From Eledone cirrhosa (taxonomy: Eukaryota): a stretch of 64,000 bases of DNA. Positions within the stretch are counted from its first letter, which is position 1. Each line of letters begins with the position of its first letter. The notes beneath the pieces were generated by a model, which searched no databases, was not told the origin of the DNA, and worked only from the letters and a program-made list of their open reading frames with translations. Shown here piece after piece: positions 1 to 13,837 of this stretch. Location of the stretch: assembly GCA_964016885.1 (NCBI GenBank), contig OZ024747.1:13144001-13208000 (forward strand). Reading direction: 5' to 3'. The position numbers were made by a program, and so were the translations under genes.

Positions 1-154
1 GATTTTGGATAAATGTTTCTGAGCCTTTATAAGGTTATATTTTTATCTACTATAACAATGATGTTTCACATAATAGAAATAGATCAACTGCTATTAAAAT
101 ATTACAATTTTCAGCTCTGAATCATCATTAGTTTTAACTTTTTACTCCTTGCAG

Positions 155-3100
155 AAAGTGAATCTGTCAAAGCTTTAGAGCTGATAGGTAAAGAGGATAC
201 TGATGTACGTACCTTTATTGAAGAGAACCAAGCTCATAGAAAACCACAAGTTCATTCTGACCAGTTTGGTGAATCTGATAAGTCTTTTGAGGAGTATTCT
301 ACAATAAAAAAAGATTTTATTATAGCTCCTGATGTGGATAGTAAAACTTTCACATCAAAAGTTCCAGACAAAGAAGCTATATCAACCTTTCCGTCTCAAA
401 AAGATGGGAATTATAAAAAGGTAGGGCTACACGATACTAATTCTATAAATACGTTAACTTCACCCCAATCTGATATAAGTAGTTCAGGTATGCAGCAAAA
501 TATTTCTGAATTAACTGTTCCTGACACACAGCATCCTAATGAAATTGTTGAAGAAAAAATTCACCCAATACAAAGTACACGATTTCTTTTGCAAGGTATT
601 TCAACAAATGACAGTTCCAAAAGAAAGATATTTGAACAAACCCCATTTACTGAGGATGATGATAAAGCTATCAAAAGTGTCAAGAAATCCATTAAACAGG
701 ATGGTAGCCTTATCAAGAAACAAGTACAAGAAGAAAAAATGGGATTTATTCTAAAATCTAGATTTCCATCTAATATAAACATATCAAATCAACTTTCACC
801 AAAAGTTATAGATGGACAAAATAAGGATGTCAAAGAGACAAAGGTCCCTTCTAAGACATCATCAACACCTGGTGATAAACTAGAGAGAGAAAAACAGCCA
901 TATTCATCTTCAAATGACCCATCAACTAATCTATCAACAAAATACCAACATGATATTGATAGTAAAGACAAATTTCATAAGAAACAAATGAAAGATAATA
1001 CTGCAGATAAACCTGGACTAACAGGTGAGAAGAAAAAGATTGGTGGTAAAATTACTAACAAACAACCTGAAGATGATGAAGAAGAATTTAATCCCTTTGA
1101 TCCATTTTATAGGATTAGAAAAGATACTAAAATATCTCCACATAAAGATGGTTCTGATAAATCTTCTACAGCAAAAGAAGAAAAATCTAAAATTGATGAA
1201 ATAGTTGAGGAAAATATTCAGGTAACAGAAAAACCAAGGTATCCTTTCAAAATTATTCAATCAGATGACAATTCTAGAAGAAAAATATTTGAACAAACCC
1301 CATTTACTGAGGATGATGATAAAGCTATCAAAGGTGTTAAGAAATCTCCTAAAGAGACAGATAACATCAACAAAGTACAAGAAGAAAAAATTTCATTTAT
1401 TTTGAAATCTAGATTTCCATCTGATATAAACATATTAAATCAACTTTCACTAAAAGTTATAGATGGACAAAATAAGGATGTCAAAGAGAAAAAGGTCCCC
1501 TCTAAGACATCATCAACACCTGGTGATAAACCAAATGTTGAAAAGGAATACCCAGAGAGAGAGAAACAGCCATATTCATCTTCAAATGACTCATCAACTA
1601 ATCTATCAACAAAATACCAACATGATATTGATAGTAAAGACAAATTTCATAAGAAACAAATGAAAGATAATACTGCAGATAAACCTGGACTAACAGGTGA
1701 GAAGGAAAAGATTGGTGGTAAAATTACTAACAAACAACCTGAAGATGATGAAGAAGAAGAATTTAATCCCTTTGATCCATTTTATAGGATTAGAAAAGAC
1801 ACTAAAATATCTCCACATAAAGATGGTTCTGATAAATCTTCTACAGCAAAAGAAGAAAAATCTAAAATTAATGAAATACCTAAGGCAACAGAGAAAGCAA
1901 GGTATCCTCTCCAAAATATTCCATTAGATGACAGTTCTAGAAGAAAGATACCTGAACAAACGGCATCTATTAAGAATGATAATAAAGCTATCAAGAAATC
2001 TCGTGAAGAGATAGGTAACAAGAACAAAGTCCAAGAAAAGGTTGGATTTGTCCTAAAACCCAAATTTCCATCTGGAATTTCCACCCCTAATCAATCTGTA
2101 GAGAAAGTAAATGAAGAAATTGGGAATAATACAAAAGTGATAATTCCTGAAAAATTAACTCATATATATTTTGTGGAAAGATTTGAAGTAAAAATTGAAC
2201 TCCCAGAAAAACAAAAATGTACATTTTTAAGAACCAAACCTGTTGATATTGTGGCAAAGCATTTGCCTGATATTGGTGTGAAAAAATTCTCAAATGACAA
2301 AGATTCTAAATCGGCAACAAATAATTCTGCAGAACATGTAAAAAATGTTACAGAGAAAAATGTTCCTAAAAAACTGCTACCAACAGCTGAAAAGAAATCA
2401 ACAGTTTCATCTTCAAAAGAAACATCTGTCAACTTATCATTAAAATCTCCACTTCATACAGAGAAAAAGATGTCTCCTGAAGAGTCGATGAAAAATAGTA
2501 ATTTTCACAAAAAAACACAAGAAATTGGAAAATTTCCATTCTCAGAAAAATCTAGATTTTCATTTAGAGAAAAACCACATAATCTGTCAAATAAGTATTC
2601 CCTTAAACGCCAATTGTCTGTTGTGGAAGAGGTCAAAACTAATGAAATTTCAGACTCCGAAAAAACAGAAAACAATGACTTAATTGATAATTCTAAAAGT
2701 TCAACTGAAGATGTCAATTTGGAATTTGGGATAGACAGAAAAGAAACATTTCTTTTTTTCAAGCCTTCAATTATCAAAAGATCTCGAGTGAATTTATCTT
2801 CAAATAAAGAGAAGGTGCCACCAACCTTACCTTCACCTTCAATTAACATGAACAAGTTCACAGGTGTAAGATCTGAAAAGATTACACCAGATCATGTAAA
2901 ACCAGATAATGCTATATCTAAGTTATCTAAAGATACTAATAAAAAACAGGTACCTATTCTTCCTCCTAAACCAATACTAATGACACCAAATCTTTTGGCT
3001 TCCACAAATGATTGGATAGATCATAGTGAGACTAAATTGACAGTTAGTCCTCGAAAAACTATCCAAAAAGCAACTAAACCTGAAGCTTCATTGCGAGATA

Positions 3101-6100
3101 TGTTTTCTGTAGCAGATGTGCGCCCTTCTAATAGCACCACCCAAATAATATCAAAACCTTTGACTGATAAAGATACAAGTAGTTCTCCTGTTAAGCCCAT
3201 TACTGCAACCCAAACACCAAAACTGTTGTCTGATAAAAATACAGTTAGTCGTTCTGCTAAGCCCATTACTGCAACCCAAATATCAAAATCTTTGACTGAG
3301 AAAGATATATGTAGTTCTTCTACTAAACCCATTACTACAACCCAAATACCAAAACCTTTGGTTGATAAAGCTACAGTTAGTTCTTCAGCTAAACCCATTA
3401 CTACAACCCAAATACCAAAATCTTTGGTTGATAAAGCTACAGTTAGTTCTTCAGCTAAACCCATTACTACAACCCAAGCACCAAAACCTTTGGTTGATAA
3501 AGATACGGTTAGTTCTTCAGCTAAACTCATTACTACAGCCCAAGCACCAAAACGTTTGGTTGATAAAGATACAGTTAGTTCTTCAGCTAAACCCATTACT
3601 ACAACCCAAACACCAAAACCTTTGGTTGATAAAGATACAGTTAGTTCTTCAGCTAAACCCATTACTACAACCCAAACACCAAAACCTTTGGTTGATAAAG
3701 ATACAGTTAGTTCTTCAGCTAAACCCATTACTACAGCCCAAGCACCAAAACCTTTGGTTGATAAAGATACAGTTAGTCCTTCAGCTAAACCTATTACTAC
3801 AACCCAAACACCAAAACCTTTGGTTGATAAAGATACAGTTAGTTCTTCAGCTAAACCCACTACTACAACCCAAACACCAAAACCTTTGGTTGATAAAGAT
3901 ATGGTTAGTTCTTCAGCTAAACCCATTACTACAGCCCAAGCACCAAAACCTTTGGTTGATAAAGATACGGTTAGTTCTTCAGCTAAACCCATTACTACAA
4001 CCCAAACACCAAAACCTTTGGTTGATAAAGCTACAGTTAGTTCTTCAGCTAAACCCATTACTACAGCCCAAGCACCAAAACCTTTGGTTGATAAAGCTAC
4101 AGTTAGTTCTTCAGCTAAACCCATTACTACAACCCAAACATCAAAACCTTTGGTTGATAAAGCTACAGTTAGTTCTTCAGCTAAACCCATTACTACAGCC
4201 CAAGCACCAAAACCTTTGGTTGATAAAGATACAGTTAGTTCTTCAGCTAAACCCATTACTACAGCCCAAGCACCAAAACCTTTGGTTGATAAAGATATGG
4301 TTAGTTCTTCAGCTAAACCCATTACTACAGCCCAAGCACCAAAACCTTTGGTTGATAAAGATACGGTTAGTTCTTCAGCTAAACCCATTACTACAACCCA
4401 AACACCAAAACCTTTGGTTGATAAAGCTACAGTTAGTTCTTCAGCTAAACCCATTACTACAACCCAAGCACCAAAATCTTTGGTTGATAAAGATACAGTT
4501 AGTTCTTCAGCTAAACCCATTACTACAACCCAAGCACCAAAATCTTTGGTTGATAAAGATACAGTTAGTTCTTCAGCTAAACCCATTACTACAACCCAAA
4601 CACCAAAACCTTTGGTTGATAAAGCTACAGTTAGTTCTCCTGCTAAGCCCATTACTGCAACCCAAACACCAAAAACTTTGGCTGAGAAAGATATAAGTAG
4701 TTCTTCTACTAAATCTATTACTACAACCCAAATACCAAAACCTTTGGTTGATAAAGATACAATTAGTTCTATTCAACCTATTCCTGCAACCCAAACTTCT
4801 CAAGATATACCCATGTTTTGGATAGATCGAACGGAAACATTTTCTGTTGAACCTACAAAAGCAACCATCATCAACCATAAACAGAAAAAGGATGACTCAG
4901 TGGAAGAAAAATCTAAATCATCTGAGGATCATGAGTCAGTTCCACAGAGGGACACTGAAGATAAACTAGATACCAATTACCAAAGTTATTCCCAATCAGA
5001 GTTTGATTCTAATAACTTACCAAGTAGTAATAATTCTGAAACTAAACAGAAATCTTTAACAGCTCAAGTTAAGGAAATAACTTCCAAACTTCCAACAGAA
5101 ACTAATATTGATTATGAGAGCGAAACAACTGTTGATACAGTAACAAGACTTAATAATGAACCTGAAAAGACATTTACTAAATTATCTACTGACCATGTTG
5201 AAAATGTAACTGAGACCTCTAATTTAAATGTGGATGGACCAATTGATAAAATTACCATATCAGCTTCTGAAAATGCAGTTGTGTTCAGTGAACCTGGTAT
5301 GAGAATAAATTCAGAAAAGCAAACACCTGGTGCTAATAAAGATTCATCTCTTGACAATTATTTATCAACTATAAATAACTACTTGGATCAAAAGAAAAAA
5401 TGTTTACATACTGACTATGGTATACCCACAGAGGAGGATGTTACATCAAATAATAATAGGAAGAAATTTTCTCTGAATGATGATCTATCTCCTGGTAAAG
5501 ATGAACCAAAACTGAATTATGAGGCAGGAAGACAAAAGATAAACACTGATCCATGTGAAAAGGTTTCCTGTGAAAAGCAAGTTCTAGAAGTGGATAGTCT
5601 CTTGGAAAACAAAGAGACTACATTCGGTCCAGATGAATATAGACCAATAAATAAACATGTGGCAAAGGTGATTTCTCCTCAAACTAAAGAGACCACATTT
5701 GGTCCAGATGAAGATATACCGACTGATAAACATGTAGCAAAAGTCATTTATCCCAAAACTAAAGAGACTACATTTGGTCCAGATGAAGATATACCGATTG
5801 ATAAACATGTGGCAAAGGTGATTTCTCCCAAAACTAAAGAGACAACATTTGGTTCAGATGAAAATATATCTGTTAAACATTTCACAAAATTTACCTTGCC
5901 AAAATCAAAAGGTAGAAGATTTGGTTCAGAAGAAAATATATCAACCATGAAACATGTAGCAAAGGTGAAATCTCGCAGAACAAAAGAGACAACGTTTGGT
6001 TCAGAAGAGAATATCTCAGTTGATAAACAGAAATTTACCTTGCCCCAAAATAAAGGGAGATTTAGTTCAGAAGAAAACATACCATATATTAGACATGCAG

Positions 6101-9100
6101 GAAAAGGGATTTCTCCCACATCAAAAGAGACAACATTTGGTTCAGATGAAAATATATCTGTTAAACATTTAAGAAAATTAGCCTATCCCAAAACAAAAGT
6201 CACCACATTTGGTTCAGAAGAGAATATATCATCTGGTAAACATGTGGCAAATTTACCTTCTAAAAGAAAAGAAACCACATTTGGTTCAGAAGAGAATATA
6301 TCTCCTGTTAAACATGTGGCAAATTTGGCTTCTCCTAAAGCAGTAGAGACCACATTTGGTTCAGAAGAAAATATATCTCCTCTTAAACATGTGGCAAATT
6401 TAGCATCTCCTAAAGCAGTAGAGACCATATTTGATTCAGTAGAGAATATATCTCCTGTTAAACATGTGGCAAATTTAGCATCTCCTAAAGCAGTAGAGAC
6501 CACATTTGATTCAGTAGAGAATATATCTCCTGTTAAACATGTGGTAAATTTGGCTTCTCCTAAAGCAGTAGAGACCACATTTGATTCAGTAGAGAATATA
6601 TCTCCTCTTAAACATGTGGCAAATTTAGCATCTCCTAAAGCAGTAGAGACCACATTTGATTCAGTAGAGAATATATCTCCTGTTAAACATGTGGCAAATT
6701 TAGCATCTCCTAAAGCAGTAGAGACCACATTTGATTCAGTAGAGAATATATCTCCTGTTAAACATGTGGCAAATTTAGCATCTCCTAAAGCAGTAGAGAC
6801 CACATTTGATTCAGTAGAGAATATATCTCCTGTTAAACATGTGGCAAATTTGGCTTCTCCTAAAGCAGTAGAGAGCACATTTGATTCAGTAGAGAATATA
6901 TCTCCTGCTAAACATGTGGTAAATTTAGCATCTCCCAAAACAAAAGAGACATTTGATTCAGCAGAGAATATATCTCCCATTAAACATGTGGCAAATTTAC
7001 CTTCTCCTAAAACAACAGAGACCACATTTGATTCAGCAGAGAATATATCTCCTGTTAAACATGTGGCAAATTTATCATCTTCTAAAGGAGTAGAGACCAC
7101 ATTTAATTCAGCAGAGAATAAATCTCCTGTTAAACATGTGGCAAATTTGGCTTCTCCTAAAGCAATAGAGACCACATTTGATTCAGTAGAGAATATATCT
7201 CCAGTTAAACATGTGGCAAATTTGGCTTCTCCTAAAGCAATAGAGACCACATTTGATTCAGTAGAGAATATATCTCCAGTTAAACATGTGGCAAATTTAG
7301 CATCTCCTAAAGAGGTAGAGACCACATTTGATTCAGTAGAGAATATATCTCCCGTTAAACATGTGGAAAATTTACCTCCTAAAGCAACAGAGACTACATT
7401 TGATTCAGCAGAGAATATATCTCCTGTTAAACATGTGGCAAATTTGGCTTCTCCTAAAGCAATAGAGACCACATTTGATTCAGTAGAGAATATATCTCCA
7501 GTTAAACATGTGGCAAATTTAGCATCTCCTAAAGAGGTAGAGACCACATTTGATTCAGTAGAGAATATATCTCCCGTTAAACATGTGGAAAATTTACCTC
7601 CTAAAGCAACAGAGACTACATTTGATTCAGCAGAGAATATATCTCCTGTTAAACATGTGGCAAATTTTGCATCTCCTAAAGCAATAGAGACCACATTTGA
7701 TTCAGTAGAGAATATATCTCCTGTTAAACATGTGGCAAATTTGGCATCTAAAGCAATAGAGACCACATTTGATTCAGTAGAGAATATATCTCCTGCTAAA
7801 CATATGGCAAATTTGGCATCTCCTAAAGCAGTAGAGACCACATTTGGTTCAGAAGAGAATATATCTCCAGATAAACATGTACCAAATTTACCTCCTAAAG
7901 CAGTAGAGACCACATTTGATTCAGCAGAGAATATATGTCCTGTTAAACATGTGGCAAATTTGGCATCTAAAGCAATAGAGACCACATTTGATTCAGTAGA
8001 GAATATATCTCCTGTTAAACATGTGGTAAATTTGGCATCTCCTAAAGCAATAGAGACCACATTTGATTCAGAAGAAAATATATCTCCTGTTAAACATGTG
8101 GCAAATTTACCTTCTCCTAAAGCAGTTGAGACCACATTTGGTTCAGCAGAGAATATATCTCCTGTTAGACATGTGGCAAATTTGGCTTCTCCTAAAGCAA
8201 TAGAGACCACATTCGGTTTAGAAGATGAGATGCCAGTTGATGAACATTTAGGAAAAATTATTTCTCCAAAAATAAAAGAAACATTTGGTTCAGAAGAGAA
8301 TATATCACCTGATTTAGTAAAATTGACCTTACCAGAAACAAAAGGGACATTTGGTTTAGATGACAAAGCTATATCTGTAGACAAGTGTGAAGAAAATCAA
8401 GACACTCTAGGAAGGAAAGAAACAGCCCAGTGCAGTTCTCTTTTGGATACAGCAAAGACTACTTTGGCTTCTGATACTTTGCAGTCAACAGATAATAAAC
8501 TTGAGTCTGTAAGTGATTCTAAAATAAAATTAGGGAACAAAACTTCTGATAAGGAGTTATTGCCCCCAAAACCAATTCATCAGGAATCACCAACACAAAA
8601 CAAAACTAAAAAGGTTATCAGAGCTCCACCATCCAGGAAAAGCCCCACATTAAAATCAGGAAAAGAATTAGATGAAACAGGTAGTTTTTCATCTGATGTT
8701 AACTCTACTAGTTGTAAACTAGAGCCCAATGTTGACCCCATAAAAGACAATAGCAGTACAACTTTGGCCCTCATTAGGTCTGAAGATGAATTTTGGATTG
8801 ACAGAAAAGAAGAGAAATTTTCTCCAAATTGTCCAATGTTATTCAACCAAAAGAAACAGCTAAGTCCTCAGTTAGATGAGAACACATCACCATTGGAGCT
8901 TGAATTGCAGCATAAACCTTTATCAGCTACTTCAGTTTCATTTGCAAACAAAGTTCCTCAATCAAAGATGGAATCTGAAGCAGTTGACCCTGACACTGTA
9001 TCAAATGATGCAGTCTCTAGTGATATGTCAACACCAAGATTCAGTTCATGGATTAGTTTTGAGAAAAAAGACTCCTCCTCTGATCCAGTTCAAATTTCTA

Positions 9101-10444
9101 GTAACAAACACTCCATGCCATTGAAGGGAGTTAAAAACTTTGAACCTGAGGATTTAATACAAACAAAGAATACCATAAGACAAGCTGGTAACAGAGGTAG
9201 AGAAAATGAAACTTTGTCACCTCCATCATCAATGACCCCCACTACTTCAGAACCATTGTTAGATTATTCTATTGACAGGAAAGACATTCTACAAACTTCC
9301 GAGAGGAGTGAAAAATCTAAAGATATTGGTGAGGATATATCTATGGTTGGTGGTAAACAGGAAACTCACTATAGTAGTGAATCTCCTATAAAAGAAAACA
9401 TACTTCAACAGGATAGCATTAATGACACAAATTCAAATGAAAAAGAAGCTTCTGGGTTTGGTCATGACAGTGCAACTTCTAACAGGACTAACTATCCTTT
9501 GGAGAAAGAAGCTACAAAATTTAAAATTGCATTAGAGTTTAATGATATTACAACTGAAAGTGATGATCCTTCTGTTACCTATTTCAAAGAATATTCTTCA
9601 ACTGAACCTAATAGTCCTCAATCAGGAACATTTGAAATAACCGATATCAAAGACTCGACCAAAATACCTGAGAGTGAAGTATATTTTGTGGAGATGACTT
9701 CTGATTATGACAAAGGATCAAATATATCTGATTATCTTGTTCAGCATGATAATGGCATTATATCATATTCATCATATCCTAAATCATCAGAACCCAATAC
9801 CGAATCAATGCCTTCTAAACAACCAGGTTCATCATTTGAACGACCCCAGACAAAGGATTCAACTAAAACCAATCGACCAGTGAGGACTCAGAGGTCAAAG
9901 GAAAGCAGGTTATCTTTAAATGAATCTAATATCAATGTCTCACCTGGATGGAATGTTAATGAAAGCCCTATCAATGTAAAATCTTTTTCATCAGATGTTT
10001 CTTTATCACAACATACCTCTAGAGACACCAATTATCAAGACACACCATCATTCTTAGGATCAACCATATCTCCAATTCACCCTGTTAAAGAAAGATCTCC
10101 AATGGTGAATCTTCGTGATATGGTTCTCCAAGATGAAAGACTTGCTTATGAACAATATCTTAAAAACACATCCAAAAACCAGAAATCCTTAAAACAGTCT
10201 CCTGAAAATCAATTTTCAGTAACACAACTCAATTCTCCTTCATATGAGAATAATCTGTTTAGACCTACAAAACTTAGTGATGCCTTTGAAACTACTTCGG
10301 AATTATCACCAAATTCCGCCACACCCAGGGCACGCACTGAAACAGATAATGCTCATCAATCATTTAAATTTGATCAGTCAGACATAACTGATTCTCTTCA
10401 ACAAAATGAAAACACTGATTCATCTGTCTTTTTTGAGGACTTGG
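155..10444 (+). CDS. SYTL4: Giant internal coding exon (10,290 nt, phase 1-1) of a synaptotagmin-like protein; low-complexity K/S/E/T/P-rich region with internal repeats
   Basis: Acceptor ttttactccttgcag ends at 154. The frame is open from 121 to TAA at 10456-10458 (the track's GTG start at 334 is internal). Donor G|GTAGGC lies at 10444/10445. The phase matches the exon at 18829. Assignment to this gene rests on phase compatibility and orientation. Confidence 0.75.
565..2090 (+). repeat. In-frame internal duplication of about 670 bp (two near-identical copies plus a diverged partial third) in the giant exon
   Basis: KIFEQTPFTEDDDKAIK...EEFNPFDPFYRIRKDTKISPHKDGSDKSSTAKEEKSKI occurs twice; a third copy is degenerate. 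Confidence 0.9.
3130..4795 (+). repeat. Coding minisatellite, 66-bp / 22-aa unit (PKPLVDKDTVSSSAKPITTTQT), about 25 copies
   Basis: Unit starts at 3481 and 3547 are 66 bp apart. Confidence 0.95.
5610..8360 (+). repeat. Coding minisatellite, 75-bp / 25-aa unit (SPKAVETTFDSVENISPVKHVANLA), about 35 copies, some 72 bp
   Basis: Unit starts at 6481 and 6556 are 75 bp apart; units degenerate toward both edges. Confidence 0.95.
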
Positions 10445-10825
10445 GTAGGCGCCATTAATAATCCTCATATAAACTGTGGTTACCCATAATACTGACAGTC
10501 CTCCTATCATTCGTTTTTCTTTCTTTCCTTGATGTAAAACAACAAAACTCTCTGTTTTTATTATATCAACTAACCAATGTACCAATGATATTATTTTGGC
10601 AATAAAATAATTTTCTACTATTTCTTCAACTTTTCTGCTAACATATATTCTAACATATATTCTAAATTAGTTTATATATTGCCCAAAACTGTCACAAATT
10701 TGTAAATAAAATTAGTTTGGTGCTCATTTTAAACTGCTTGTTATGGTTTTACAATTTAGACGGAATCTTTTTATCTATGAGCTTCCTTATTTTCTTAAAT
10801 AATATATCTGAAATGGGTGAATACT

Positions 10826-11050
10826 GATCTTCTTCTTCTTCTTCTTTTTCTTTTTCTTCTCTTTCTTCTCTTTCTTCTTCTCTTTCTTCTCTTTCTTCTT
10901 CTCTTTCTTCTTCTCTTTCTTCTCTTTCTCTTTCTTTTTCTCTTTCTTCTTCTTCTCCTTCTTCTTCTCCTCCTTATTCTTCTTCTCCTCCTTCTTCTTC
11001 TCCTCCTCCTCCTTCTTCTCCCCCTCCTTCTTCTCCTTCTTCTTCTTCTT
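10826..11050. repeat. (CTT/CTC)n polypyrimidine microsatellite
   Basis: Direct reading. Confidence 0.95.
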
Positions 11051-12053
11051 GACCGACAACCTCTTGAGTGCTGGCACCATGATAAAATGCACTCAGTAGA
11101 GTGCAGAAATGTGTATACATGAGATACTGAATCCTGGCTTATCTGAGAGGTCAATAGCTTCATTTTAAGTACTGATTCAATATATGAAGACCCATCCAAC
11201 CCTTGCTTGCAGTAAAGACAGGCATGAAGGAATTTCAGGTTACAGTTTTGGAAAGTGTTTAGTGTAGTTTTAGTGGATGAGATACTAATAAGGGTGACAG
11301 TACAGGAACGGTGAAGTTGAGTGGTCTTGGGTGGTATTTAGTTTTTTATTTCATAAATGGTGTAAGAAGCAATAAAAGAATCAAACAACAACAGAAAAAG
11401 CAGTGTTTGTAGAATACTCCTTCTTTTCAATATGGTTTAGGATGCAATTGTCAGTTTAAAACAAAAAATGCTACATTGTTGTAATCTGTGATAGAAAGCT
11501 GACACTCTATTAGACATAGATATATTGTTGCTATTTTGAATTTTTGTCTCATCTTCCTCTGCTTGATGTCATCAAGTATCTGATAAAATAGATCAGATTA
11601 TTTTTCAGTATAGAATCCTTAAGGAATAAGCTACAGTAATTAAGTTCATTTGAATCGAAATATATATGTATTATATATATATATATATATATATATTAAA
11701 GTGTTAAATGATATTCAATGATTATGTCAAAGAATGAGTTTTACAGTAGATTGAAAGCATTCTACGGAAAAATAATTTTCCGGAGTTATTAATATTAAAA
11801 TATATGTACACACACACACACATATATTTATTATATATATATATATATATATATGAGAGAGTGAGAGGGAAATAATGTAGTCTGTTCTTCAGTTGAAATT
11901 ATATCCACTATCTATTAGTATCATGAAGCTGTAACAGTGCTGGTTTATTCTATTTAGTTAGAAATTAATATTTTAACATGTATTTAGCACTCAGAAGGAA
12001 ATTTGATTCTCCTGCTCCAGTTATATAATTATTATTATTTTTGTCAGCATCAG

Positions 12054-12239
12054 GGCGGTGGATTGGCAGTATCGGTAAGGGTCGGACGCCATGCTTTGAA
12101 GCATAGAGTTACCTCCCTTTATGATCTGAGTTCAAATCCCGCTGAGGTTAACTTTGCCTTTCATCCTTACGGGGTCGATAAAATAAAGTACCAGTAATGC
12201 ACTGGAATAATTGCTGGCCTTGTGCCAAAAGTAGAAACA
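12054..12239 (+). mobile_element. tRNA-derived SINE with Meta/Sauria-like central domain and 20-bp TSD
   Basis: A-box-like TGGCAGTATCGG, B-box-like GAGTTCAAATCC, core GCCTTTCATCCTTACGGGGTCGATAAAATAAAGTACCAG. TSD ATTATTTTTGTCAGCATCAG at 12034-12053 and 12240-12259. Confidence 0.9.
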
Positions 12240-13440
12240 ATTATTTTTGTCAGCATCAGTGGCGGGTATAGTTTCTTAAACACCCATTCTTCTATATTGG
12301 TGTGGGTTTAACATATCTGCAATGCATTATCCTCTTCTTAATTCTCTTCTCTAGTCTCTTTTGCTTCCCATAGAGCATTGGGTGATGAGGGGTCTTCATT
12401 CCAAATGATAGCAAACCTTGTCGCATGCCTGGTTTCAGGCCATGTATCTGTTCATCATTTTTGTGGCAATTTTGTTTAATAGAGGTAAAACTGTTAACTT
12501 TGCATTCCAACCCTCCTTCCTTCCTTCCTTCCTTCCTTCTCAATGCAGACCGAAACTAATCTAGCCTTTTAAAGTCAAGGGTGAGATGGATAAAAAGTGA
12601 TCAACAAGAGTGGGGTGGATCTCATCAAATATGACCAAGGAAACAATGTTTCCATTGATCTTTCCATTGCTGATACTATATACCAGTCACGACTCTTGAC
12701 AGAAAGAACAATTTGAAATAAAGTGTCTTGGTCAAGGATATAATGCATTGTTCAGGACAGGTATCAAATTCACAACCTCACAATTGTGAAACCAACTCGC
12801 TAACCACTAAGCCTTCACAAGAATGAGATAGGATACCCCAACCCAGGATAAAGGCCCACTCAAATACTACAGTACAGTACCTACTCCTTTGTATTCTGTA
12901 TCATCTCATACTTAAGACACATTGTTATCTGATCTTATGTCAACTTTTTCTTCTAAGTTATACTTGATCTAACTCGACCACATGTGCACCCCAGTGTAAA
13001 TTCATGACTCCCTTTCACCCAGCATATATTATCTATTCACATAACATGTTTTTAGCAGTACAGCTGTCACTCCTGCAAAATATGGCCAAGCAACACAAGT
13101 TAAGTATGCAATAAAGTTATCTGTATATGTACCTAAACAAATAAACTTAAAAGTGTATATAAATGGAGGGACTGATAACCTCAAGTTATAGATATCAGTT
13201 TTGTGTAGTTTGTGTGCTTGAGAGAGAGAGAGAGCTTTCATTAAAAGAATGACAAGAGTATTTTAAAATGAAAATGCTGTATTAATAGCCTTATTTTAGC
13301 TTAGTATAACTAATTATTAATTTAAAAAATGTGAATTTGTTCTATCATATTTTAATAGTTTGCTTTGTTTTTATCTATTATCATCATCAACATTTCTGAT
13401 TTATTAAAACATGTGCACATTGTTTTATTACTTGAAAAAA

Positions 13441-13660
13441 ATGATTGTTATATAACTGTTTAAATATGACTGAATGGTCAATGATTGTTATATAACTGTT
13501 TAAATATGACTGAATGGTCACTGATTGTTATATAACTGTTTAAATATGACTGAATGGTCAATGATTGTTATATAACTGTTTAAATATGACTGAATGGTCA
13601 ATCAAGCCAGTCGTATTTAAACAGTCATGACTGACTGATTGGCCATTCAGTCATATTTGA
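13441..13660. repeat. Four 40-bp tandem units followed by inverted partial copies
   Basis: ATGATTGTTATATAACTGTTTAAATATGACTGAATGGTCA x4, then CAGTCGTATTTAAACAGT and CCATTCAGTCATATTT. Confidence 0.9.
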
Positions 13661-13837
13661 CTCTTGGAAGCTTTGTAGAACATCCTTAAGGTTTGCTTGG
13701 TATATTACAGTGGTAGTTTACCATTGGCTTTCTTTAGAGTATAATCTCTTCTACAGGAGTAATTAAGGCCAATTGATTGTGAGATAAGGAAAATACTGCA
13801 ATAAATGGCTAAAGATTAATTTATGTAAGAAAACAAT

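Noticed and set aside
3021-8384. Long antisense and alternative-frame ORFs (543, 444 and 733 aa)
   Set aside because: Shadows of the stop-free 66-bp and 75-bp coding repeats; they end where the arrays end.
334-10458. Standalone single-exon 3374-aa gene starting at 334
   Set aside because: 334 is a GTG inside a frame already open from 121; the acceptor at 154 and phase-compatible donor at 10445 indicate an internal exon.
10787-11199. Poly-K/E, poly-R and poly-L ORFs
   Set aside because: Translations of the (CTT)n tract.
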